Of a stretch of DNA of 64,000 nt, positions 38,277 through 48,373 are shown piece by piece; within the stretch, counting starts at the first letter, position 1, and every line of letters begins with the position of its first letter. The notes under the pieces were generated by a model. That model searched no databases, was not told where the DNA came from, and saw only the letters and a program-made list of their open reading frames with translations. Both the position numbers and the translations under genes were made by a program. This DNA comes from Candidatus Latescibacterota bacterium (lineage in GTDB: Bacteria > Latescibacterota > UBA2968), in assembly GCA_965205975.1 (NCBI GenBank), contig OZ242195.1, positions 2,400,001 to 2,464,000 of the forward strand, in the 5' to 3' direction.

Positions 38277-40799
38277 ATGCGACATAAACTAACTGGCCAT
38301 GATCATGCGGCACTGCTGATCGCCCATATAGCTTGTACCGACAAACAACTGCATAATAGAGAAATAAAGCAACTGGCGACGTTTCTGAAGAATGACGCTT
38401 CGGATGTGGCAACGCAAGAGATCAATAAGATTTTGGTAGAGGCAGATGACGCTATCGACTTGACCTCGGTACTATCTGCGGTTCCTGTCACGGAGCAAAA
38501 GCGTACGCTTGAAATAGCATTCCGCATGGCATACGCTGATGGACATCTCCATCTGGAAGAATCGACTTTGTTGAAGCAGATCGCCGGAAAATGGAACATT
38601 TCGACAGGAGGAATGAAGGCGATTGACGCCAAAGCGCGCTATGGCACCGCACACGAAGATGCAATAGTAAAGAAACCAACTTCGCCAGAGGCAAAGATCG
38701 TACAAACGCTCGACTTATTGTTTTCCAAAGGGTTGCTGAATGCTGTTGCAAAAGCCGACGGTGGCGTGTGGCAGCGCAAACTCAGGCGGCTACGCCATCA
38801 GGTATTATTTGCCGGACCGGAATATGCGGTAGCTGTGCAGCATTGCCGAGCGGTGGCTAAGCACGATTTCAAACGTATAGAGTCTCATCTGAAGCGGATC
38901 CAAAAAATGTTGGAAAACCTACAAACAAATTTTAGCAAGACAATTGTGAAGATGGATACCGGCTCTCAAAAGACAGGCAACGAAAAAAAGAAAGTATTGG
39001 ATTCCCTGCATGGGTTGCGAAACGATTTGTCCACAACACTTGCCGACAACGTGATCAAAACACGAGAGGGCCTCGCGGCAAAGCATCGTGCGCTACAATA
39101 CTTCACTGTGGCATTCATGGGAAAGACAAAAGCTGGCAAGAGTACCTTGCATGCGGTTATTACCGGCCAAGGATGGGATGAGATCGGCACTGGTAAGCAG
39201 CGTAAGACACGTCATAACCGCGTCTATGAGATTGATCATTTGCGGATCATTGATACGCCCGGTATTGGCGCGCCTGAAGCCGATGGGCGCACTGACGAAG
39301 AGATCGCCCTGAGTATTGTTGACGAGGCAGATATAATCTGTTTTGTCGTAACCAACGACAATCAACAAAAAGAAGAGTTTGAATTCTTGCAAACACTGAA
39401 GACAGCGGGCAAGCCGCTGGTGATTCTACTGAACTGGAAGAGTGGGCTAAATAGTTTAAGAAAATTGCGTGAGTTTATTCGCTATGCGGACGAGATTCTT
39501 TCCCCAAAACCAGTAGCTGATCCTCAATCAAAAAATGCCCGCGACGTAAGTGGACATTTGCGACGCATTCGCCGATACGCGTCCGAGTATTACGAGAACG
39601 ACTTCTTCGACATCATTCCAGTTCATTTCTATGCAGCGCAACTTGCCCGCACAGGTGAAAAGCCGGAGTTTGAGAACGAGTTGTACGATGCGAGCAAGGT
39701 AGAAGATTTTCTAAATTGCATTCGGATGGACATCCTTCGTGACGGTGCCATTCACCGATCGCAGACCCTACTTGGATCCACCGCCGGAAGCGTTGAGACC
39801 GTTAGAGATTGGTTAGAGGATAAAGCGACAGAACTCCATGATATGGCGACCGAATTAGAGAAAAGTCGGGACCGTCTTAAAAAAATTATGAGCAAGGCAG
39901 AATCTGAAGCCAAGCGGGAAATACACGGTCACATCAAGTCGTGTTTTCAACAGTTGCGAGAACAAGAGGTGCCGAAATTTGCCGAGCGTCATTATAATAC
40001 AAGATCTGAGCGATTGGGCAAAGAATGGCAGAATTGGTTAAAGAAAAGTAATCAGATCGATGCGTTGCAATCGGAAATACAGGCGACCTACAGCTACTTT
40101 GAGGACAAAGTGCAAGAGGGACTCGAAGAAGTTGGGAAGGATCTCGAAATGATGGCAAGATTGAAAATGGAACGACTAACATTTGACGGCCCCCTGCTGG
40201 AGTCTTCGTGGCAAAACTATGTTCGTATCGGGAGTGGCCTCGTAGGATTGGCTGGAACAATAATAGTATCATTAGCATTAGCCTCGAATCCAATTGGCTG
40301 GGTACTCATGGGTATTGGTGCTATTGGAGGGATTGTTGCAAGTCGTCTTCAATCTAAAGACACAAAGCGCCGTAAGGCTATAGCCAAGATCAGCGACGAG
40401 TTGTGTAAACAACTCAATTCACAGGAAGGTAAGGTGCTGAAGGCGCAAACCAAAGAATTTGAGAAGTACTCAAAAGAAATACGCCAAGATGTGTTTCAAC
40501 ATTTTGCGTTGCTAAATGAGTCTATAAAAGCAATTGGATCCTTATGTAGAACTGGAAAAGATAATCTTGGCAGAGAGATTGATAGCATTAACCGGGCGTA
40601 TGCCTCGCGCGTGCTGCAATGGTTGACACAGGCTCCTCAGTCAGAGATTACCATGGAAGAGCAGGTGATTGCCGTAAATCGACAGTGTGGCAACCGAATG
40701 GAGATTCGCACATCCCTCGTAAAACAGCAAATACGGCCATGGGAAGATGTGCGTCGCGCTTTGCAAGAAGATTTAGAGATTTCTTGGGGTAGCAAATAA
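38277..40799 (+). CDS. TerB-domain-fused dynamin-like GTPase with C-terminal membrane hairpin
   Basis: N-terminal TerB pattern (IACTDKQLHNRE; MAYADGHLHLEE); coiled coil; G1 GKTKAGKST, G3 DTPG, G4-like NWKS; helical stalk; Gly-rich hydrophobic hairpin GLVGLAGTII...NPIGWVLMGIGAIGGIV. Confidence 0.8.
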   Translation: MRHKLTGHDHAALLIAHIACTDKQLHNREIKQLATFLKNDASDVATQEINKILVEADDAIDLTSVLSAVPVTEQKRTLEIAFRMAYADGHLHLEESTLLKQIAGKWNISTGGMKAIDAKARYGTAHEDAIVKKPTSPEAKIVQTLDLLFSKGLLNAVAKADGGVWQRKLRRLRHQVLFAGPEYAVAVQHCRAVAKHDFKRIESHLKRIQKMLENLQTNFSKTIVKMDTGSQKTGNEKKKVLDSLHGLRNDLSTTLADNVIKTREGLAAKHRALQYFTVAFMGKTKAGKSTLHAVITGQGWDEIGTGKQRKTRHNRVYEIDHLRIIDTPGIGAPEADGRTDEEIALSIVDEADIICFVVTNDNQQKEEFEFLQTLKTAGKPLVILLNWKSGLNSLRKLREFIRYADEILSPKPVADPQSKNARDVSGHLRRIRRYASEYYENDFFDIIPVHFYAAQLARTGEKPEFENELYDASKVEDFLNCIRMDILRDGAIHRSQTLLGSTAGSVETVRDWLEDKATELHDMATELEKSRDRLKKIMSKAESEAKREIHGHIKSCFQQLREQEVPKFAERHYNTRSERLGKEWQNWLKKSNQIDALQSEIQATYSYFEDKVQEGLEEVGKDLEMMARLKMERLTFDGPLLESSWQNYVRIGSGLVGLAGTIIVSLALASNPIGWVLMGIGAIGGIVASRLQSKDTKRRKAIAKISDELCKQLNSQEGKVLKAQTKEFEKYSKEIRQDVFQHFALLNESIKAIGSLCRTGKDNLGREIDSINRAYASRVLQWLTQAPQSEITMEEQVIAVNRQCGNRMEIRTSLVKQQIRPWEDVRRALQEDLEISWGSK

Positions 40800-40827
40800 A
40801 CTAACACCAAAGGAAGAGGGTAGATCA

Positions 40828-42564
40828 ATGGCATTGCAAACCGTGAAATTCACTGTGGCGGAACGAATGGCAGAACTGGAAGCAAAGGCGGAACGTTTTC
40901 GGACCTTAGTTAAGACAGCAGAAAGCATAGATGCGAAGACACTAATCAAGGCATTTGATGAGGAATGGAACCGAGAACGCAACTTATTGTCAGTTGGGTT
41001 TATTGGACCGTACAGTGCTGGTAAATCAACGACGATCGCGGCACTTACGGGACGGGACGACATCGCCATTGATGCCGACATTGCGACGAGCGAAACCACT
41101 GAATATGACTGGAACGGTATCAAGTTAATCGATACTCCCGGGTTGTGGACGGAGCGCAAAAAACACGATCAGATAACCTACGATGCTCTGCGCCAGGCTG
41201 ATTTATTGATATTTACCTTGACCTACATGCTGTTTGATAAGGCGACCGTCGATCACTTCAAGGAGTTGGCATTTGAGGAAGGGTATCAGAACAAAATTCT
41301 GCTGTTAATCAACAAGGTGAATGATGAGGCAGGAAACATAAATGAACGGATCGAAGCCTATCGCGACAGCATTGACATAGCACTTAAGCCACATGATGCA
41401 CAGACGTTCACGCAATGTTACATCGATGCTCGCGATTACTTAGACGGGATTGATGAAAGTGACCAAGAGTTGATTGATGAAAGCCGTTTTAATGCGTTCG
41501 TCAAAACCTTGAACCATTTTGTGGACCGACAAGGAAAGATGGGGCAATTGGAAACACCAGTGCAGATACTAAAGACCCATATTGACCTCGCGTTGCAGCG
41601 ACTGGAGCAAGCCAAAGGAGAGGTAGCCGTATATCCCGAGATCCTCAACCGAGTCACCCGCGAGGTCAGAAATGGTCGTCATCAGTTTCGAGCAAAGGTG
41701 CGCGTGATCATTGCCGATATGGTTGCATCTGTTGCGCGACAGGGAAGCCTGATGGCCTCTGGTGTCGGTACCGAGGATTCGAATGTTAGCGAAGCCGAGA
41801 GTAATAAGGCTATTGAGGAAGCCTGCGAGAAGGCACAGCAGGGGATATCTGAGGTCATTAAAGACATTATCTCTAACCTCCAAGAAGAAGTTAAGGAAAT
41901 TTGTACCAGCAATCTGGCGGATACTTATTTTTCGCCCGCGCTGACACACGACGCGGTATCCAGTCCAAACCTGACCGATACCGAAGGCATTGCGACGCGC
42001 CGCCGGCAATGGGAGAGTCTGTCGCAAATTGCAGAGGGGGTCGGTGTCGAATTAGCGAAATTGGCTCAAGGTGCTGGTGCTATGGGTAAAGGCGGTCTAT
42101 TAGCCGCTGGACAGGTAAGAGGGGCTCCCCTGCATAAAATTGTACTCCAGGGAGGTAAGGCTTTTGGCATGAAGTTTAAGCCGTGGCAGGCCGTCAACGT
42201 AGCAAAAAACATCGGCAATGCAGCAAAATTTCTCGGTCCGGTAGTGCAGGGGGTCGGGATAGGTTTGGACATATTGCAGATGCGCAAGGAAGATAAGCAG
42301 TCAAAGAGGATTTCGGAGGCGAAACTCAAAGTTATGGCTCAGTTCAACGAGATTGGACAGAAACTAAAAAGAGAGTTTGAAGATCAGTTGCGGGAAGTTG
42401 AAAAACAGACCTTTGACCTAATCGCTGATGAGGTAGAAAATGCACAAAATGCCTATCAAAAAGCTAACACGACAAATGATGAAACATCTAAGGCACTCTT
42501 AGAATTGCGCGATGAGTTGAGCGCACTCCTAAAGGCTGACCGCAAGGCTGTAATTTTGGCCTAA
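40828..42564 (+). CDS. LeoA-type dynamin-like GTPase
   Basis: G1 GPYSAGKST, G2 T, G3 DTPG, G4 NKVN; long helical region; KFKPW followed by a Gly-rich amphipathic segment as in the LeoA/HP0731 family. Confidence 0.82.
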   Translation: MALQTVKFTVAERMAELEAKAERFRTLVKTAESIDAKTLIKAFDEEWNRERNLLSVGFIGPYSAGKSTTIAALTGRDDIAIDADIATSETTEYDWNGIKLIDTPGLWTERKKHDQITYDALRQADLLIFTLTYMLFDKATVDHFKELAFEEGYQNKILLLINKVNDEAGNINERIEAYRDSIDIALKPHDAQTFTQCYIDARDYLDGIDESDQELIDESRFNAFVKTLNHFVDRQGKMGQLETPVQILKTHIDLALQRLEQAKGEVAVYPEILNRVTREVRNGRHQFRAKVRVIIADMVASVARQGSLMASGVGTEDSNVSEAESNKAIEEACEKAQQGISEVIKDIISNLQEEVKEICTSNLADTYFSPALTHDAVSSPNLTDTEGIATRRRQWESLSQIAEGVGVELAKLAQGAGAMGKGGLLAAGQVRGAPLHKIVLQGGKAFGMKFKPWQAVNVAKNIGNAAKFLGPVVQGVGIGLDILQMRKEDKQSKRISEAKLKVMAQFNEIGQKLKREFEDQLREVEKQTFDLIADEVENAQNAYQKANTTNDETSKALLELRDELSALLKADRKAVILA

Positions 42565-42645
42565 ATGACTCTGGTTTGAATGCAAATATTACAAATTTTG
42601 TTTCACCAAAGTAGCTGTAAACCGCTTGGAGCAAGGACAAACAAT

Positions 42646-43986
42646 ATGCCATATTTGATGCAAACAAATAAAGGCGAGGAACTCAACAGACTTTATCCAG
42701 AAGATCGCCCTGTAAACGACTGGTATCGTTTTGTTTTGTCATACCCACCACATCTTGTCAGGCATTATATTTCGCGTTTTGAACTCGATGAAAAAAGTTC
42801 TGTTTTAGACCCCTTTTGTGGCACGGGTACAACTTTAGTAGCCTGTAAAAAACGGGGGATAAAGAGTGTTGGTATCGAGGCTAATCCCGTTGTCAAATTC
42901 GCCGCAAGTGTTAAAACTGATTGGAATATAGACCCAGACGTTCTTATTGATCATGCAGAAATGGTTGCGTCAGAAACAATAGAGCTACTTTTGTCGGAGG
43001 GTGTTGAGGACGACCCTCTCTTTCAATCTCTGGATAAAGATGAAACCACAGAGCTTCGGACACTTACCCCAGACCAGGAAAAGTTAATTATTACAAACTC
43101 AATCAGCCCCAAACCTTTACATAAGGCTTTGGCTCTTATAGAAAAAATCCACGAATTAAAGCACAACAGATGTTATGATTATGAACGTTTAGCACTCGCA
43201 AAACAGTTGGTTTATACAGCGAGCAATTTGCGTTTTGGACCAGAAGTTGGCGTAGGCAAAGCAAAACCCGACTCGCCTGTGGTTGGCCCCTGGTTAGCTG
43301 GTATTAGAAGTATGTGTGAGGATTTAATCCAGGTCAGACCCAATGCCCATATTCCCTCAGTCGTTCATTTTGGCGATGCACGCAATATGAGACAGTTTTT
43401 AGAACCTCAATCTATCGATGCTGTGATCACATCGCCGCCGTATCCGAATGAAAAGGATTATACCCGAACAACGCGCCTGGAGTCTGTATTATTGGGATTT
43501 ATGACTGATAGACACGACCTGAGAACTCATAAAAATAACTTAATAAGATCCAATACTCGAGGTGTTTACAAAATAGATAATGACAAAGACTGGGTAGCAA
43601 AATTCGATAGCATACAAAAATTGGCAAAAAAAATAGAAAGGCGTCGGATCGAATTAAACAAAACATCGGGATTCGAAAAATTATACGCTCATGTTGTTCG
43701 ACATTATTTTGGAGGCATGACTCGGCATTTAGAAACCCTGAAACCAATTTTGAAACCAGGTGCTTGTCTTGCCTATGTCGTTGGCGATCAGGCTTCTTAT
43801 TTTCGCATTCTAATCAAAACGGGAAACTTATTGGCAGAGATTGCGGAGCGATTAGGTTATAAAGTCATAGATATCGATTTATTTCGAAAAAGATTCTCGA
43901 CTGCAACTCAGCAATATATCAGGGAAGAGGTTGTTCTACTCCGCTGGGAAGGTCAATCTAAGGGTCAAAAATATGCCACCAAATAA
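42646..43986 (+). CDS. DNA amino-methyltransferase, probably N4-cytosine, alpha motif order
   Basis: DPFCGTGTT (motif I) before ITSPPY (motif IV); YVVGD. AT-richer than its flanks. Confidence 0.88.
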   Translation: MPYLMQTNKGEELNRLYPEDRPVNDWYRFVLSYPPHLVRHYISRFELDEKSSVLDPFCGTGTTLVACKKRGIKSVGIEANPVVKFAASVKTDWNIDPDVLIDHAEMVASETIELLLSEGVEDDPLFQSLDKDETTELRTLTPDQEKLIITNSISPKPLHKALALIEKIHELKHNRCYDYERLALAKQLVYTASNLRFGPEVGVGKAKPDSPVVGPWLAGIRSMCEDLIQVRPNAHIPSVVHFGDARNMRQFLEPQSIDAVITSPPYPNEKDYTRTTRLESVLLGFMTDRHDLRTHKNNLIRSNTRGVYKIDNDKDWVAKFDSIQKLAKKIERRRIELNKTSGFEKLYAHVVRHYFGGMTRHLETLKPILKPGACLAYVVGDQASYFRILIKTGNLLAEIAERLGYKVIDIDLFRKRFSTATQQYIREEVVLLRWEGQSKGQKYATK

Positions 43987-44779
43987 CGATCCACGCTATT
44001 CACAGATTATTGCGAAAATCTTCGAAGCAAAATTTCGAGAAGGTAGAAGAGCAATTCGTTTTGAAAGAACCGAGATTGTCAATGCAGCGAGAGATTTGGG
44101 AATTGAATTACCAAAAAATCTGGGAGATATCATTTATTCATTCAAATTTCGCAACCAACTTCCCGATTCTATAAAAGAAACAGCACCGGACGATAAAGAA
44201 TGGGTGATAGTAAATCGGGGAAGGTCTCAATACGCATTTGAATTGAAAGGAACATCGAGGATTTTGCCAGATCCAATGCTGACAATCACCAAAATACCAG
44301 ACGCAACCCCTGGTATTGTTGCTAAATATTCTTTCGATGATGAACAAGCTCTATTAACCAAACTCCGCTACAATCGAATGCTCGACATTTTTACTGGCAT
44401 CGCCTGCTATTCTTTACAGAATCATTTACGCACAACTGTCCCCGGAGTTGGGCAAATTGAAACGGATGAAATCTACGTTGGAATAGACAAAAAAGGGGTT
44501 CACTATGTCTTTCCCGTTCAGGCAAAAAGTGGTAAAGACACGCTTGGTGTTGTCCAGATTGAACAAGATATAGCATTATGTAATCACCGATTTCCCACTT
44601 TGATTTGCAGAGCAATTGCTGCTCAGTTTTTACAAGAAAATGTGATTGCGCTATTTGAATTAGAGTTAATAGATGGCGAAGTGAAAAAAGCCTCAGAAAG
44701 GCACTATCAGTTGGTCCCTCAAGAATATCTTACGGATGAAGAATTGATGAACTATCGTCTGAGATTTGATGACCCATAG
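43973..44779 (+). CDS. Putative type II restriction endonuclease (PD-(D/E)xK fold, D...QxK variant)
   Basis: Overlaps the MTase stop by 14 bp; EQAL...QIETDEIYVG...PVQAK catalytic-like pattern. Confidence 0.7.
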   Translation: MPPNNDPRYSQIIAKIFEAKFREGRRAIRFERTEIVNAARDLGIELPKNLGDIIYSFKFRNQLPDSIKETAPDDKEWVIVNRGRSQYAFELKGTSRILPDPMLTITKIPDATPGIVAKYSFDDEQALLTKLRYNRMLDIFTGIACYSLQNHLRTTVPGVGQIETDEIYVGIDKKGVHYVFPVQAKSGKDTLGVVQIEQDIALCNHRFPTLICRAIAAQFLQENVIALFELELIDGEVKKASERHYQLVPQEYLTDEELMNYRLRFDDP

Positions 44780-44810
44780 TGCGTCGCGACGTAAGCCATA
44801 CCCCATATGG

Positions 44811-44840
44811 ATTGCGGCTCAAAACCATGCCGCAATGACA
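44811..44840. repeat. REP-like palindrome
   Basis: ATTGCGGC-TCAAAACCAT-GCCGCAAT-GAC; no U-tract. Confidence 0.45.
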
Positions 44841-44902
44841 ATCGCAAAATCGCCTTTTTCAAGATGCATAGTTATTAAGGCCCTGAACAACAGGAGACGA
44901 AA

Positions 44903-45643
44903 ATGGACGCGGGAGACAGAGCGGCTGTTGAAGCCGCATGGAAGAACGGCGTAGGCGTCTTGCACAACTTGCTCTCGCAAGATGAACTGGATACAATCCG
45001 CCGGGAGTTAGAACAGGCGTATCTGGATTTGGATATGGGACCGGGTGAACCCGGCAGCCGGGACAGTCTGCGAGATGAACCACTGTTAAATTATTCGGCT
45101 CTGGGCAGCTTATTTTCCCATCCTCGCATTTTGGGGATCGTATCGGCGATCCTGGATGAGCCGCGGCCTTTTCTCTTGCAAATGAAAACCAACCGGTACA
45201 CGCCAAAACACAAAGGCGTGGGACGGCACTCAGACGGCAGCCCGACGGAACTCGCCGCGCCCTTTCAGTGGCTGGCAACAATGATTTATCTGGACGATAT
45301 CGACGTCAATTCCGGAGCGTTGACCTATGTGCCGGGCACGCATCTGTATCATTTTGCATCTGCGTGCGATCCGGGCCGCGTACTACCCACAAAAGAAGAT
45401 ATTCAGGCGGGTCATTACATCCCAATCGACTTGAAAGCGGGCAGCGTCGTCTTTCGCGTACCAGAGGTCTGGCACGGCGTAGTGCCCATCCATCGGTTGC
45501 GGCGATATATCACGGGATTGTACACATCTCGCAAAAAGGGAAATACGCCGATCAAAGAGCGGATACAGGGGGTTCGGCAAAGCCGAAAGCAAATCCCGGA
45601 GACATCCATACCCGAGCACGTCAGGGAATACTGGCAGTATTAA
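44903..45643 (+). CDS. Phytanoyl-CoA dioxygenase (PhyH) family Fe(II)/2-oxoglutarate dioxygenase
   Basis: HSD...WHG facial triad; YLDD...GALTYVPGTH; LKAGSVVF. Confidence 0.88.
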   Translation: MDAGDRAAVEAAWKNGVGVLHNLLSQDELDTIRRELEQAYLDLDMGPGEPGSRDSLRDEPLLNYSALGSLFSHPRILGIVSAILDEPRPFLLQMKTNRYTPKHKGVGRHSDGSPTELAAPFQWLATMIYLDDIDVNSGALTYVPGTHLYHFASACDPGRVLPTKEDIQAGHYIPIDLKAGSVVFRVPEVWHGVVPIHRLRRYITGLYTSRKKGNTPIKERIQGVRQSRKQIPETSIPEHVREYWQY

Positions 45644-46091
45644 TCAATCGAATGCCGGTCTGCGTATAATCCCCATCCGGCGTAATTTGCATCGTCGCCC
45701 GGGGACCGTGTTCATCGTACCATCCAATTGGACGCACCAACTCTTTCTGCCACCCATACCGCCACAGCGACAGCTTGTACGCCTCCACCGCGTGTACCCT
45801 GAACTCTGACGGCTGTCCAGACTGTACCCACTTTGGCCACATATATCCCAGCAGTCCATCGGTCAACAGCCGGAACTGATAGGGTTCCCTGGTCGGTATC
45901 TTAAGCGGTACTGTTTTGAATCCATAACCCGACTTGTAAAGTGTCACGCTATACTTGCCGGAAGGCAAATCCGCATAAACCGCGCCGGTCGCCCGTGAAC
46001 GCGCCTCAAATGACCCCGCTTCGCCTTCAAACTCCAGCAGCACCTCCGGCACTGCTACATATCGTTCATCGCTCACATATCCAATCAGCAT
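45621..46091 (-). pseudogene. 3'-truncated gene, N-terminus of a N,N-dimethylformamidase-beta-like family protein
   Basis: MLIGYVSDERYVA...GYMWPKWV...LWRYGW...DEHGPRATMQITPDGDYTQTG matches, from recall, the start of much longer proteins. It ends shortly afterwards, overlapping the convergent PhyH gene. Confidence 0.6.
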
Positions 46092-46155
46092 ATTGTTCCC
46101 TTCTGTTCAGCGATCTATCCGGCGTGTGACCCGATGAACAAAGTGTATTTTCCCA

Positions 46156-48234
46156 TCAGGTCAGGTCCTTCAACCTTTCAAAATAGAAAATCCGCCCATC
46201 GTACGTCCCTACAAACAAGCCTTCTTCCACCACACAAGGAGGTGCTGTAATTGGAGACCCAAACGCCGCACGTCCCCGGCATTCGCCGGAAGCGGCATCT
46301 AAAGCGTACAAACACCCATCACATCCACAAATTAGAAGACAGTCCTCAAAAATGATCGGCGCAGCTAAAATACTCCGCACGCCTCTGCGATAGGGCACCA
46401 TATCCAGCAGATCACCCCCCGTCTGGAACCGCCACAGTAGCGCCCCGGAATTGAAATCAAAACAGAGGGCCTCTCCCTCCGGTGTAGTGGCGTAGATCAA
46501 GCCATCCCGCACGAGCAGTCCAGTCGGGTAACTGGACGGGAGAATCGGCTTGTCCCACACCACCTCCCCCGAAATCGCCCGTAACGCGGTTAAATGCGAC
46601 GAGTCTCCCCCACTTACCAGCAGGTCTCCGGACACAATCGGCATTGGATATGGATACTCAACCCCCATCTGCTGTTCCCACACCACATCCCCGCTTTGCC
46701 GGTCCAGGGCCATCAGCCCCCGCCGCTGCACGAACAGGAGAAGCAGATCCCCATAAACCTGAGGACTTGCGTAGCACGCCCAGTTATCGCTGTCTTCAAC
46801 AGGCACATACCACTGTTGCTCTCCCGTTTTGAGATCAAAAGCCGCATAACCGGCCTTCGCCCCTGCGTACAACGCCCCATCTGCAATAACCGGAGACATG
46901 TAAATCCAGCGGTCCGGATACCCGGGCAGATTCGCATGCCACAGCAGGTGGCCCAACGCCTCCTCCAGCGCATGCACCCGCCCGGTAACTGACACAGCCG
47001 CACAGATGCCATCATCTACAGCCACACTGTTCTTCACAGTCGCATCCGTGCGTGCATGCCACACCAGATCTCCACTGCCCACCTCAATACAACAGATCCC
47101 GTCGTGTCCGGGATAACCCTCGTCCCGCAGGCTCAACAGCAGCCGATCTCCCGCCTGCACGGGTGCTGCCCGGTGCAATCCCCCCGGAAGTTGCTGCTCC
47201 CATCGAAGGCGCAACTCCATTCCGTCAAAAGAAATCTCTATCGGCGTATCCTCGGAAGGCAACGAGACGCCAGTGGATTTGTGCGCGCAGAGTTCCAATT
47301 CCGCCCCTTCTTCTCCGAACCGCGCGACGCGGTAGCCCCTCGGCGACGTATCAATCCCACCAAAACAGAACGACGGAGTTGCGGCCACAACCATCTCACC
47401 GTAAGAGAACACCTTGCTGGAATGCCAGTGCCCGTGCAACACCAGGCGGACATTATACCGACTCAACGCCTCCAGAAATGAAATCGGCGGAGGCGTATGA
47501 ACCACCACCACGATCTCTCGATCCGCAGGCTGTAGTGCCAAATCCGCCCAGAACCACACCTCCTTTCGCTCCTGGTCTTCAGGTGAAAAAAACGACTGTT
47601 CATTGGGATAAAACGCAAAATGGCGCCCCCCCCAATCAAAGCTATAATACGAGGGACCGAGCACCGCTTCGAAATTCCGGGTAAACGTATTGTCCGCTAA
47701 GCCCCCCTCGTGGCGCTCCTCGTTCCCATCGTGCCCGCCGAACAGTGGGAACACCGGCGTTGGAACCGTCTCCTGTGCCTCTCGAAAACGGTACAACTCG
47801 GCAAGCTCCCCCCTGTTCGTGAGATCTCCGCTCACCACAATCACATCCGGATCGGCTTCCCGGACAAGTTGCTGTAGTGATTCGGCGAGAACCTCTCCAG
47901 AAGTCAGCACCACTCCTTCTGTCACAACGTGTGTATCGGTAATCTGCACAAGCTTAAACTGCCGTGCAGCCCGCTCAGGCGCAGACGCAAGCCCAAAATC
48001 CACCCCATCTTGCGCGCTCATCCAGTTCCGCGTAGATGAGTAAAACTCCGATGTCGCCCGAAAACCATCTGGAACGGTCACAAATACGAACCGATGCGCC
48101 TCCGGTTCCACCGCAAGCGCGTACCGGCCCTCCTCGTCCGTCTGTACGATCTGCTCCCCATTGGAGACCAAAACACCGCCCAGACCGCGTCCAGACAGAT
48201 CTTCCATCACCCTGCCTCGAACTTCAATCACCAT
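46156..48234 (-). CDS. Calcineurin-like metallophosphoesterase fused to a PQQ-like beta-propeller
   Basis: N-terminal VSNG...TDEEGRY domain; DTH, GDLTNRG, GGHD, GHWH; C-terminal Trp-docking repeats. GC-richer than its flanks. Confidence 0.88.
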   Translation of the reverse strand: MVIEVRGRVMEDLSGRGLGGVLVSNGEQIVQTDEEGRYALAVEPEAHRFVFVTVPDGFRATSEFYSSTRNWMSAQDGVDFGLASAPERAARQFKLVQITDTHVVTEGVVLTSGEVLAESLQQLVREADPDVIVVSGDLTNRGELAELYRFREAQETVPTPVFPLFGGHDGNEERHEGGLADNTFTRNFEAVLGPSYYSFDWGGRHFAFYPNEQSFFSPEDQERKEVWFWADLALQPADREIVVVVHTPPPISFLEALSRYNVRLVLHGHWHSSKVFSYGEMVVAATPSFCFGGIDTSPRGYRVARFGEEGAELELCAHKSTGVSLPSEDTPIEISFDGMELRLRWEQQLPGGLHRAAPVQAGDRLLLSLRDEGYPGHDGICCIEVGSGDLVWHARTDATVKNSVAVDDGICAAVSVTGRVHALEEALGHLLWHANLPGYPDRWIYMSPVIADGALYAGAKAGYAAFDLKTGEQQWYVPVEDSDNWACYASPQVYGDLLLLFVQRRGLMALDRQSGDVVWEQQMGVEYPYPMPIVSGDLLVSGGDSSHLTALRAISGEVVWDKPILPSSYPTGLLVRDGLIYATTPEGEALCFDFNSGALLWRFQTGGDLLDMVPYRRGVRSILAAPIIFEDCLLICGCDGCLYALDAASGECRGRAAFGSPITAPPCVVEEGLFVGTYDGRIFYFERLKDLT

Positions 48235-48373
48235 AGCGTACCTCTTTGTTGTCAGTTATAGGCAAAATACAATATTCACACCATCAGGCAAAACAAACAA
48301 TGATTGCCTGCCACATAAAGATTATGCATAATAGAATCAGAATCCAATATGTAACCTTAACAAAGGATGGAAG

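Noticed and set aside
37503..48373. Integrative element or prophage around the accessory block
   Set aside because: No integrase, transposase, tRNA target or flanking direct repeat was found by eye.
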